DNA from: Gemmatimonadales bacterium
Lineage (GTDB): Bacteria > Gemmatimonadota > Gemmatimonadetes > Gemmatimonadales > GWC2-71-9
Assembly: GCA_031404115.1 (NCBI GenBank)
Contig: JANNGX010000021.1
Coordinates: 1-59,762, forward strand
DNA: 59,762 bases
Direction of reading: 5' to 3'
This document shows positions 26,980-36,213 of this stretch, piece after piece. The position numbers and the translations under genes are program-made. Position 1 is the stretch's first letter; each line of letters begins with the position of its first letter. The notes below the pieces were generated by a model. The model did not search any database and was not told where the DNA came from. It worked only from the letters and a program-made list of their open reading frames with translations.

Positions 26980-27310
26980 GGAGATCTAAGATGGTGCCTC
27001 TCAGGACGAGACGCGAGCGTCGCCGCCTCCTTATCCGCGCTCCGCCTCAAGCCCCGCGGACAGCGCCTAGTCGATCCGGCCCCTCGACTCCTCGAGGTGG
27101 GCCCGGGTGCAGGCATCCAGTGAGGCCGCGGCTGCGAGGGCCGTTCCCAGGCGCGGCTGCGCTCCTTGAGCTGCATGCGGGCCACCGCACGCGCATGCGC
27201 CGTCGCGCAGGAAGTCTGGAACGTTTCACGCAGAGAGCTTAACGCCCGAACGCCAGGTCGCTACCTTTGGAGGTGTCACTTCGCGTCTTAGCGTCCTAGC
27301 CTCTGGTCCC

Positions 27311-28054
27311 ATGTTCCCCTTCAAGGACGAGCTCCCGACTCTCCGCACCCCCCTCGTCACCGTCGCCCTGATCGCGGTGAACATCCTGGTATGGGTACTG
27401 ATCCAGGGCGCCGGCAGCGACCCCATGCTCCAGCAGTCGGTATGCACGCTGGGGGTGATCCCCGGCCGGATATTCGGCCACATCCCGGCGGGGGCCACCG
27501 TCCCGCTGGGTCCGGGCATGCGCTGCGAGATAGGATCGTTCCCGGCCTGGGCTACCCTGTTCACTTCGATGTTCACCCACGGCGGGTGGATGCACCTGAT
27601 CGGCAATATGCTGTTTCTCTGGGTGTTCGGGAACAACATCGAGGATTCGACGGGGCGGTTCCGCTTCGTGGCCTTCTACCTGTTATGCGGTCTGGCCGCG
27701 GCGCTGGCCCAGTCGGTCATCAATCCTGAGAGTCGGATCCCCATGGTGGGGGCCTCCGGCGCGATCAGCGGAGTCATGGGTGCCTACATCGTGCTCCACC
27801 CGAGAGCCAGGGTGCATATGCTGGTTTTTCTCGGTATCTGGATCACCACCATCGCGGTGCCCGCGTATCTGATGCTGGCCTACTGGTTCCTCCTCCAGTT
27901 GCTGGGCGGGTTGCCCGGACTCGGCAAGGAGGTTGGCGGAACCGCCTTCCTGGCACACGTGGGCGGATTCGTGGCGGGGGCGGCGCTGATCCTGGCGTTT
28001 CGAAACCGATCGCTCGTCGACCGGCACCCGCTCCGCTCGTCCGTGCGATGGTGA
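27311..28054 (+). CDS. Rhomboid-family intramembrane serine protease
   Basis: HGGWMHLIGNMLFLWVFG and GASGAISGVMGAY (catalytic Ser) ...AHVGGFVAG (catalytic His). Six or more TM spans. Confidence 0.85.
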   Translation: MFPFKDELPTLRTPLVTVALIAVNILVWVLIQGAGSDPMLQQSVCTLGVIPGRIFGHIPAGATVPLGPGMRCEIGSFPAWATLFTSMFTHGGWMHLIGNMLFLWVFGNNIEDSTGRFRFVAFYLLCGLAAALAQSVINPESRIPMVGASGAISGVMGAYIVLHPRARVHMLVFLGIWITTIAVPAYLMLAYWFLLQLLGGLPGLGKEVGGTAFLAHVGGFVAGAALILAFRNRSLVDRHPLRSSVRW

Positions 28055-28143
28055 TGAGCGCGAAACCAGGCTCCTCCGGAATGTGCAGGAGCAATCGTTG
28101 GTCGTCGTCCACTCAACCGGCTTCTCTCACCCTCGGAGGATTC

Positions 28144-28818
28144 GTGCGTACCCTAGCCCTGATCGTCGCAGCCTCGCTCATCAGCACTGCAGCACTCGCC
28201 CAGGACGCTGATCGCACCGTCAAGGATGGAGGTATCAAGGTCGGCGGCTGGACCGGACGCGTGGACCGGCGGCCGGCGGCGGCCGGCAAGACCATCGCCG
28301 ATTCGAAGTTCCTGGCCGAGGGCTCGGCGTTCCGGCTGTCCGTCGGGCCGGCGGGCTCCTATTGGAATCCAGCCAATACCGCTTCGGGGGATTACCAGGT
28401 GAAGGCCACTTTCAAGGAGCACAAGATGGCCGCGAGCCATCCCCACTCCTACGGGATCTTCATCGGCGGCTCGGAACTCACCTCGGATGCAGAGAAGCTG
28501 ATGTACTGCATTGTGTACGGGAACGGCACCTACTCGGTCAAGACCTTTCACGGCGCCAAGGTCACCACCCTGGTGGACCGGGCGGCCCACGATGCGCTCA
28601 AGAAGGCCGACGCCAATGGCGAATCCACCAACGAGGTCGGCTGGAAAGTGCAGGGGGGCGAGGTGGCCTGCGTCGTGAATGGCACCGAGGTCAAGTCGTT
28701 CGACAAGGCCGAAGTGCTGGGGGCGGACAAGCTCGCGTCCACCGACGGGGTCTACGGGATTCGCGTCAGCCACAATCTCGAGCTCACGGTGTCCGGCCTG
28801 GCCAAGTCGAAGCCCTGA
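28144..28818 (+). CDS. Secreted hypothetical protein (possibly a DUF1080-like jelly-roll)
   Basis: GTG 28144 is preceded by GGAGGA (28135-28140) and gives the signal peptide VRTLALIVAASLISTAALAQD. The track start 28048 would overlap the rhomboid gene. The family call is only from weak pattern memory. Confidence 0.5.
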   Translation: MRTLALIVAASLISTAALAQDADRTVKDGGIKVGGWTGRVDRRPAAAGKTIADSKFLAEGSAFRLSVGPAGSYWNPANTASGDYQVKATFKEHKMAASHPHSYGIFIGGSELTSDAEKLMYCIVYGNGTYSVKTFHGAKVTTLVDRAAHDALKKADANGESTNEVGWKVQGGEVACVVNGTEVKSFDKAEVLGADKLASTDGVYGIRVSHNLELTVSGLAKSKP

Positions 28819-28891
28819 TCGTGCGAGGGGCCGGGGGCGGCCTGCCGGCGGAGCCGGTTCGCCCCTGATCGCGTCGAGTGCCCCCCGGTAT

Positions 28892-30853
28892 TTACGGCCC
28901 TGGCGGTGCCGGCGCGAGCTCCGACTGCTGTGAGACCCAGCGGTAGGTGGCCGCGATGACCAGCGCAAAGAGCAGGACACCCACCCATCGCGCCGGACCG
29001 GCAAAGCCCGCGCCGACCAGCGCGAGCGGCGCCGCACTCCCAGTCGCGACGATGAGGCCGGCGTTCAGCACGCCCAGGAGGCTCTCCCCCACGATCAATC
29101 CCGACGCCAACAGCACGCCGAACCGCTTGGCCATCTCGGCGTTGCTGCGCCGGTTCATCGCGCGATCGTAGAACCACCCGATCAGCGCGCCGACGACCAC
29201 GGGCTGGGTGGCATCCATCGGCAGGTAGATCCCGATCCCGATCGCGAGCGGCGAGAGCCGGATCAGCTTGAGCGCCCCGAGTGTCTCGTCGATGACGATG
29301 CAGGCCAGCCCCACCAGCGCGCCGATCCCGATCATGTTCCAGTCGAGCTCGGCGTTGAGCACGCCGCGCGCGAGCGTCGAGATCAGCGCCGCCTGCGGAG
29401 CCGGCAGCGGGTCGGCGCTGATGGCGGCCCGGTTGGGATCGCCCGGGAAGCCATAGGCCCGGTTCAGCAGATCGAGCGTCGGCGGAATCACCAGTGATCC
29501 GGCGATCACGCCGACGATGAGCGCCACCTGCTGTTTCCAGGGAGAGGCGCCCACCAGCTGACCGGTCTTCAGGTCCTGAAGATTGTCATTCGAGATGGTG
29601 GCAATAGAGAAGACGATCGAGACCGTGAACAGCGCAAAGGCCACCAGCGCGCCGGTCGCGTCACTGCCGAGCGAGGGCTGCACGAAGAGCGCCAGGAGGA
29701 GGGCGACGGCGACGGTGGCGAGAATGCCGATGCCGGACACCGGGCTGTTGGACGCGCCGATCAGTCCCGCCATGTATCCCGCGACCGTCGCCACGAAGCC
29801 GCCGATCAGCACGGTGAACAGCACGCCGCCCAGCACCAGGGGCCAAGTCTGTCCGGCGAGCGGGGTGCCCCCGATGAAGCCATGGAGGAGCCACCCGATC
29901 ATCAGCAGGCACCCGCCGCTGAGCACCCCGATCAGGCTCAGCGGAATATCGCGGTCGTCCTGACCGTCGATGCGCGCGGCGGTACGGGCTCTGGCGGCAT
30001 CCCTGAGGCCGGCGAATACCGGCCGCACCAGCTTGATGAGGCTCCAGATGGCGGCAACCCCGATCGCGCCGGCGCCGAGGAAGCGAACCTGGGTGCGCCA
30101 CACCGTCACGGCCACCGTGGCGGCGTCTCCCGGCAGGCCCGCGCTCAGGACCGGAGTCGCGATGGCCCAGGCAATGAGAAGACCAGTGAGCATTGCCAGA
30201 CCGACCGAGATACCGACCAGGTGACCCGCACCCAGCAGCGCGAGCGAGAAGCCCAGCTGCACGCCGGAGGCGCCCGATCCCACGCGAAAGAAGTGAGCCA
30301 GTCCGGTCGCGGCGACGCCGGTGGCGCCGATGATCTGGGTCGCGGCGGAGGTGAGCGCGCCGACCAGAACGATCAGCGGCCCGCGCTTCCGCTCGAGGGC
30401 ATCGGGTGACGCCTCGTCCCCGGTGGCTCCCGCCTTCAGCACCGCGGCGGCGGCGAGCCCTTCCGGGAAGGGGAGGGTCGAGTTCACCACCAGCGCCCGG
30501 CGCAGCGGGATGGAGAAGAGCACGCCGAGAATGCCGCCCAGCGCGCAGATCAGGAAGGTGGTCATGAAGGGAAAGCTTCCCCACCAGCCGACCATGATCA
30601 GTCCCGGCAGCACGAAGATGATCGCCGAGAGCGTTCCGCCGGCCGAGGCCACGGTCTGGACGATGTTGTTCTCCCGGATGTTGCCGGTGCGGAGGGCCCG
30701 GAGGACTCCCATGGAAATGACCGCCGCCGGAATCGACGACGCGATGGTGATGCCGACCCGGAGGCCCAGGTAGATGTTGGCGGCGGTGAAGACGATGGCG
30801 ATGACGGCGCCCAGGATGAGGCCCCTTATGGTCAGCTCTGAATCAGCTCTCAT
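28892..30853 (-). CDS. OPT-family oligopeptide transporter
   Basis: N-terminus ELTIRGLILGAVIAIVFTAANIYLGLRVGITIASSIPAAVISMG is characteristic of the family. About 16 hydrophobic spans over 653 aa. Confidence 0.8.
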   Translation of the reverse strand: MRADSELTIRGLILGAVIAIVFTAANIYLGLRVGITIASSIPAAVISMGVLRALRTGNIRENNIVQTVASAGGTLSAIIFVLPGLIMVGWWGSFPFMTTFLICALGGILGVLFSIPLRRALVVNSTLPFPEGLAAAAVLKAGATGDEASPDALERKRGPLIVLVGALTSAATQIIGATGVAATGLAHFFRVGSGASGVQLGFSLALLGAGHLVGISVGLAMLTGLLIAWAIATPVLSAGLPGDAATVAVTVWRTQVRFLGAGAIGVAAIWSLIKLVRPVFAGLRDAARARTAARIDGQDDRDIPLSLIGVLSGGCLLMIGWLLHGFIGGTPLAGQTWPLVLGGVLFTVLIGGFVATVAGYMAGLIGASNSPVSGIGILATVAVALLLALFVQPSLGSDATGALVAFALFTVSIVFSIATISNDNLQDLKTGQLVGASPWKQQVALIVGVIAGSLVIPPTLDLLNRAYGFPGDPNRAAISADPLPAPQAALISTLARGVLNAELDWNMIGIGALVGLACIVIDETLGALKLIRLSPLAIGIGIYLPMDATQPVVVGALIGWFYDRAMNRRSNAEMAKRFGVLLASGLIVGESLLGVLNAGLIVATGSAAPLALVGAGFAGPARWVGVLLFALVIAATYRWVSQQSELAPAPPGP

Positions 30854-30889
30854 GGGTCGCCTCGTGGAATCAGAGTGACGTCGACCGCC

Positions 30890-32314
30890 TCACCGGTTGG
30901 CGAGCGCGCTCCGGAGATGCAGGTGGCCGGCCCGCATCACGTGCGTCCGCGACCGAAACGCGCGCACGTCGTTCCGGGGATCCTCGGCCAGAATCAGCAG
31001 GTCCGCCAGCTTCCCCGCCTCGAGAGTGCCGAAATCCTTGATCCGCCCCATGGCCCGCGCGCCGTTCCGGGTGGACATCACCACGATATCGGACGCCGAG
31101 AGCCCGGCCGACTGCATAGCCTCCATCTCGGCGAAGATCGAGGGTCCGTGCAGCGTGAGCGGATTCCCAGCATCCGTGGCCGTCGCGATGGTCCGGCCCG
31201 CCGCGTGGACTCGGCGGAGGTTTTCCGCCATCACAGCGCTCCGGGCCCCGACGCTCTCCAGCCGCCGATAGGCGAGCTCGGGCGACCGGCGGTCTTCGGT
31301 CAGGAGCGCTCGGAGCGGCTCGACGTTGGCGACCTTGGCCACGGTGTTCGGGTCCACGCATCCGTCGCCCTCGTCCACCGGGAACCGGACGCCGAGCGCG
31401 ATGGACACGCTCGCGCGGGTGGCGTTGCGACCCACCACGAGGGTCGGGGCGTAGATGGCGTTGTTGGCGGCCAACAGGTCGAGGAACTCCTGATCCACGG
31501 GCAGGTCTTCCACGCTGTGGACCAGGAGAACTGCGCCGGCACGGAGCGCGACCTTCGCCTCACGGAGCCCGGTGGCGTGGACGATGAGGTCCAGGCCGGC
31601 CGAGCGCGACGCGGCGCCAACCTCCAGCATCCGGGCGTCGAGCTCCTCGCGGCGGGCCGCAGTCGGTGCCAGGTACCAAACCTTCACCGCCGACGATCCC
31701 AGCCCCTTCAAGCGCGCCACACTCTCGTGCACGTCGGCGGAGGTGGCCATGGGAAGGAAAGTATAGATCGTGTCGTCCACCATCAACGCGCCCCGAGAGG
31801 CGTGGGTGATCAGCGGACCGGCGGCGCGCACGTGCGGCGCCATCGGGTCCGACTCCGCCCGAGCGGGAAGCGCCGCGGTCCACGGGTGACCGCCGACGTC
31901 ATACACGGCGGTGATGCCGCTGCAGAGATAGGAGCGGTACCAGCGCACGGGATTGGCCCGCAGGGCGCGAGCGGTTTCCGCGTAGGGATAGATCGCGGGC
32001 GCGCTCAGCCCGTCGGGCCGGCCATCCACCCAGCCCGTCTGACTGAAGTGCACGTGGGCGTCCACCAGCCCCGGAGTGAGGAATCGTCCGGTCACGTTCA
32101 TCCGCGTTGCATCGCGTGGAATCGGACATTGGGCGGCGGTGCCGACACAACTGAGCCGGTCGCCGGTAACGAGGACCACCGCGTTCGGGATGCCCGGCCC
32201 CCCGTTTCCGTCAACGACGGTGCCGCCAATCAGCGCGGTCCTTTGCGCAGCGGCGTCGATCGCAGCCAAGGCAGCAAGAAGCAGCCAGGCAGCGCACATC
32301 TTGAGTGGCGTCAT
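30890..32314 (-). CDS. Secreted amidohydrolase-family metallohydrolase
   Basis: Signal peptide MTPLKMCAAWLLLAALAAIDAAAQ. IGGTVVDGNGGP...GLVDAHVHF metal motif. C-terminal GTLEAGKLADLLIL is typical of the amidohydrolase family. Confidence 0.75.
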   Translation of the reverse strand: MTPLKMCAAWLLLAALAAIDAAAQRTALIGGTVVDGNGGPGIPNAVVLVTGDRLSCVGTAAQCPIPRDATRMNVTGRFLTPGLVDAHVHFSQTGWVDGRPDGLSAPAIYPYAETARALRANPVRWYRSYLCSGITAVYDVGGHPWTAALPARAESDPMAPHVRAAGPLITHASRGALMVDDTIYTFLPMATSADVHESVARLKGLGSSAVKVWYLAPTAARREELDARMLEVGAASRSAGLDLIVHATGLREAKVALRAGAVLLVHSVEDLPVDQEFLDLLAANNAIYAPTLVVGRNATRASVSIALGVRFPVDEGDGCVDPNTVAKVANVEPLRALLTEDRRSPELAYRRLESVGARSAVMAENLRRVHAAGRTIATATDAGNPLTLHGPSIFAEMEAMQSAGLSASDIVVMSTRNGARAMGRIKDFGTLEAGKLADLLILAEDPRNDVRAFRSRTHVMRAGHLHLRSALANR

Positions 32315-32418
32315 GGGATGCCAAGAACATGCACCTGGAGGGCGGGGCTCGCTAGGCGCGGGCTATCAGGCGCGTATATTGAGGACGTTTCTCCCACCAC
32401 TCCTCAGGACTCCAGGCA

Positions 32419-35400
32419 ATGACCTTCCTCCGGGCCGCCCTCGCCTCCACGCTGGTTGGATTCTTCACGGCAGCGGTGCTGCCGGCCCAGCAGTTCTCCA
32501 CCGAAACCCGGGACCCCAACCAGAAACAGGACCCGACCTTCACGAAGAGCTACCGCGAGTGGCTGCCAAACCCGCGGCTGGGCAGTCCCCTGGTGGATCA
32601 CCTCCCGCTGGTGGCCGGGATTCCGACCCCGCGTGAGGTGCTGGGCTACCACATCGGTGCGCCGAAGACGCTCACCTACTATGCCGACCAGCTCCGCTAC
32701 TACCGGGCGCTCGCCGCGGCTACCCCGCGTGTGCAGGTCGAAACCATCGGCCGCTCCGACGAGGGGCGAGAGCTGGTGGTGGTGTGGGTATCGTCCGACG
32801 CGAATATGAAGGCGATGGCGAGCAACCGCCAAAACCTGGCGAAGCTCGCCGACCCGCGGGGCAGGAGGGCGGACGAGATCACGGCGCTGATAAACACGAC
32901 CAAGCCTCACTACCACCTGATGGGCGGGCTGCACAGCGGCGAGACCGGCCCGTCCGAAATGCTGATGGAGCTGGTGTACCGGCTGGCCACCGAGACCTCG
33001 CCGGTCGTTACCCAGATCCGCAACAACCTGTACGTGTCGGTCACGCCGGTGGCCGATGCCGACGGCCGGGATCGCAACGTCGACTGGTTCTATCGGAACC
33101 TCGAATCGGGGCTGTCGAACCCGCCGCCCGCCGCGCCGGCGCGCGACAGCGCGGCGCGACGAGACAGCGCGGGGGGACCGGCCACGGCGCCCGTCACCAC
33201 CGCACCAACCTCCGGCACCGCGCCGCAGGGCCCGCCCGGCAATCGCGGCGTGCCCGCGGTTCCGTACTGGGGGCGCTACGCGTACCACGACAACAACCGG
33301 GACATCAATCTGGTCCTGCCCCAGATGCGCGCCATCGCCGAGTGGTATTTCACGGCCTACCCGCCGATCATGCACGATCTCCACGAGTCGCTGCCGCTGC
33401 TCTATACCTATAGCGGTGCCGCGCCGCAGAACCCCAATCTCGATCCCCTGCTCTTTGCCGAGTTGCCATGGTTCGCCAACTGGGAATTGTCCCAGATGAC
33501 CAAGTACGGAATGCCCGGGGTCTACACCCACGCATTCATGGACGGGTGGTCGCCGGGATATCTCGGCTCGATCGCGTACAACCACAATGGTCTCATGAAG
33601 ATGTACGAGACCAACTCGGGCAGGGACCTCGATACCACCACCGTCAAGCGCGACTCGACGACGCGGGGTGGCGCCGCGGCCGTAGCAGCCGGCGCGGGCG
33701 GCGGGGCGGGGGCCTTCGGACGCGGCGGCGCGGTGCCCACCGGCCGGGGCGGAGCGCAGGATCGCGAGTGGTACCGGGGCATTCCGATCGGCCCCGAGGA
33801 CTCCGCCAAGTTCACCCGGCGGGCCAACGCGAACTACATGCAGACGGGAGTCCTCTCCTCGCTCCAGCTCGCGTCGATGTTCCCGGCCACGGTACTGGAG
33901 AATTTCTACGTCAAGACCAGGAACTCGATCGAGGCTGGAAAGACCAAGGCGCCCTACGGTTTTGTCATTCCGGTCCAGCGGGACATGACGAAAGCAGCAG
34001 AGCTGGTCAACATCCTCCGGATTCAGCGGATCGAGGTGGGTCTGGCCACCCGGGCGATCAAGATCGACAGCGTCTCCTATCCCGCGGGGTCGTACGTCAT
34101 CAAGCGCGATCAACCGTACGGCCGGCTGGCCAAGAACCTGCTCGAGAAGCAACAGTTCCCCGATTCGCGCCTCAACACCTATGATGACAGCGGCTGGACC
34201 ATCGGGCTGGCGATGATGGTGGACGTCGTCGAAGTGGCGGACTCCGCGATCCTCACGGTCTCCACGACGCCGGTGACCACGGTGACGCTCAAGGGCCAGA
34301 CCATGGGCAACGGAACGGCGGGCGTTGCCGTGGCGCACCATGGCTCCAACAACATGGTCACCTTCCGATACCGGCTCAGGAACACCCCGATGAGGATCGC
34401 GGAGCGGAGTTTCACAGCGGAGGGGATCGAGTTTCCGCCTGGTTCATTCGTGATCGGCGACCTCGCGAATGCGGCGGCGATCCGGGTCGCCGTTGAGGAG
34501 CTTGGGCTCACCGGCGCCGCGCTTACGGCGTTGCCGGCCGTCCCGATGCATGACGCCGAGCTGCCCCGGATCGCGATCTACTCCCAGTGGACCGGGACGC
34601 AGAGCCTGGGGTGGTACCGGATGACGTTCGACAAGTTCGGGATTCCCTACGACCTGATCTACAAAGAACAGGTGGAACAGGGAAATCTGCGCGCGCGGTA
34701 TGACGTGATCCTCACCGCGGAGCAGAATCTGAGCCGGCAGACCGTGATGCAGGCGCCGGGAACGCGTCCGGTGCCGTACTTGAAGACCGATAAGTACCAG
34801 TTCCTCGGGATGTACGGCGAGACCACCGACATGACCGGCGGCTTTCGGCAAAAAGGAGTGGATGCATTCGGAGCCTTCCTCGAAGGAGGTGGCACGCTGA
34901 TCGCGGTGGGAGACGCGGCGCGGCTCCCGATCGAGTTTGGCTGGGCCGGCACGGTGGAAAAGGCCACGGTGGCCGGGCTCACCGCGCAGCGGCCGCTGGT
35001 CCAGGGGGAGATCGTGCGAACCGAACACCCGGTGTTCTACGGCTACGCCAACAAGACCATTCCGATCAAGTACGTGGGCGGACAGCCGTTCCGGGTCGGT
35101 ATCGCGAACGAGGAGAACGTGCTGGCGCGATATGTGGGTGGGAATGCCTCGGTGCTGTCGGGCCTGATGGTGGGTGCCGATTCGCTGCGCCTGCGGCCCT
35201 TCGCGGTGGACATTCCGCGAGCCTACCACGGCTCGGGCCGGGTGATCCTCTTCTCGAACAACCCGATCTACCGGTGGCAGAACCACGGCGAGTTCAACAT
35301 GATCTTCAACTCGCTGCTCAACTGGAACGACGTGCCGGCCGGGCCGGCCGACACGGCGGCAGCCGTGGCGCCCGCTTCGGCCGAGGCGCCCACCCCGTAC

Positions 35401-36213
35401 GCGGCGTGGACCGACGCGGACTGGCGAGTGCTGGACACCAAGGTCCGCTGGGCGATCGCGCAGCGGCTCGACACGCTGCCCATCGGCTCCGCTATCGCCC
35501 GGCTGGGGAGAACCTTCGTAGGTACGACCTACACGCCGGGAACGCTGGAGGTCCCGGGCCCCGAGCGTGTGGTCATCAACCTGCGCGAGTTCGATTGCGT
35601 CACCTTCATCGAGAATATGCTGGCGATGACGCGATTCATCCGGCAGCACGGCATGGCCCTGCTGGCCAGCCGTGCCACCGCGGAAGCTCGATACGCCCGG
35701 TACCTCGAAGAGATTCGCTATCGGGGCGGCCATCTCGACGGCTACCCGAGCCGGTTGCACTACTTCTCCGAATGGCTGACCGACAATCAGGCACGGGGGC
35801 GGCTTCGATTGCTGGCTCGGCAGCTCCGGGGCGTGGAGGACCGCGAGCCGCTGAGCTTCATGTCCGCCCATCCCCTGGCTTATCGTCAGATGGCGGAGAC
35901 GGGAATACCGGAGGCGATTCGCGCGATGGAGCAGCGGCTCAACGAAGCACCCGCGCGCTGGTATCTCCCGGAAGGGCAGATCGCCGAGGCGGCCGACCGT
36001 ATTCAGGATGGCGATCTCATCGCGGCGACGTCCACCCTCGAGGGCCTCGACGTGGCCCATACCGGAATCGCGCTCTGGCAGAACGGGAAGCTCCACTTGC
36101 TGCACGCGCCGCTGGTGGGCAAGGCGGTGGAGATCTCGGTGCTCCCGCTCGCAGACCGCATTGTGGAGTCCAGGACCCAGGACGGGATACTGGTCGCGCG
36201 GGTGCTGCACTAG
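32419..36213 (+). CDS. Secreted M14-like zinc carboxypeptidase fused to a C-terminal DUF1460 (amidase-like) domain
   Basis: Signal peptide MTFLRAALASTLVGFFTAAVLPAQQ. HLMGGLHSGETGPSEMLMELVYRLA (HxxE zinc motif). From about 35370 onward, LGRTFVGTTYTPGTLEV...INLREFDCVTFIENMLAMTRF...GDLIAATS...DVAHTGIA resembles DUF1460. Confidence 0.7.
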   Translation: MTFLRAALASTLVGFFTAAVLPAQQFSTETRDPNQKQDPTFTKSYREWLPNPRLGSPLVDHLPLVAGIPTPREVLGYHIGAPKTLTYYADQLRYYRALAAATPRVQVETIGRSDEGRELVVVWVSSDANMKAMASNRQNLAKLADPRGRRADEITALINTTKPHYHLMGGLHSGETGPSEMLMELVYRLATETSPVVTQIRNNLYVSVTPVADADGRDRNVDWFYRNLESGLSNPPPAAPARDSAARRDSAGGPATAPVTTAPTSGTAPQGPPGNRGVPAVPYWGRYAYHDNNRDINLVLPQMRAIAEWYFTAYPPIMHDLHESLPLLYTYSGAAPQNPNLDPLLFAELPWFANWELSQMTKYGMPGVYTHAFMDGWSPGYLGSIAYNHNGLMKMYETNSGRDLDTTTVKRDSTTRGGAAAVAAGAGGGAGAFGRGGAVPTGRGGAQDREWYRGIPIGPEDSAKFTRRANANYMQTGVLSSLQLASMFPATVLENFYVKTRNSIEAGKTKAPYGFVIPVQRDMTKAAELVNILRIQRIEVGLATRAIKIDSVSYPAGSYVIKRDQPYGRLAKNLLEKQQFPDSRLNTYDDSGWTIGLAMMVDVVEVADSAILTVSTTPVTTVTLKGQTMGNGTAGVAVAHHGSNNMVTFRYRLRNTPMRIAERSFTAEGIEFPPGSFVIGDLANAAAIRVAVEELGLTGAALTALPAVPMHDAELPRIAIYSQWTGTQSLGWYRMTFDKFGIPYDLIYKEQVEQGNLRARYDVILTAEQNLSRQTVMQAPGTRPVPYLKTDKYQFLGMYGETTDMTGGFRQKGVDAFGAFLEGGGTLIAVGDAARLPIEFGWAGTVEKATVAGLTAQRPLVQGEIVRTEHPVFYGYANKTIPIKYVGGQPFRVGIANEENVLARYVGGNASVLSGLMVGADSLRLRPFAVDIPRAYHGSGRVILFSNNPIYRWQNHGEFNMIFNSLLNWNDVPAGPADTAAAVAPASAEAPTPYAAWTDADWRVLDTKVRWAIAQRLDTLPIGSAIARLGRTFVGTTYTPGTLEVPGPERVVINLREFDCVTFIENMLAMTRFIRQHGMALLASRATAEARYARYLEEIRYRGGHLDGYPSRLHYFSEWLTDNQARGRLRLLARQLRGVEDREPLSFMSAHPLAYRQMAETGIPEAIRAMEQRLNEAPARWYLPEGQIAEAADRIQDGDLIAATSTLEGLDVAHTGIALWQNGKLHLLHAPLVGKAVEISVLPLADRIVESRTQDGILVARVLH

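Noticed and set aside
26991-27242. Small ORFs in the 331-nt spacer (26991..27242 plus strand, 27047..27229 and 26817..27185 minus strand)
   Set aside because: All are Arg/Pro/Gly-rich with no motifs, no convincing RBS and mutual overlap. They are probably not coding.
28819-28891. Possible bidirectional terminator between the convergent secreted-protein and OPT genes (AGGGGC...GCCCCT)
   Set aside because: The arms are only 6 bp and are separated by about 30 nt, with no U-tract on either strand. This is too weak to call.
32404-34341. 645-aa minus-strand ORF antisense to the M14 peptidase gene (also 34444..36210)
   Set aside because: It has no motifs and a strong Arg/Gly/Pro/His bias. The plus strand encodes a signal peptide and the HxxE zinc motif.
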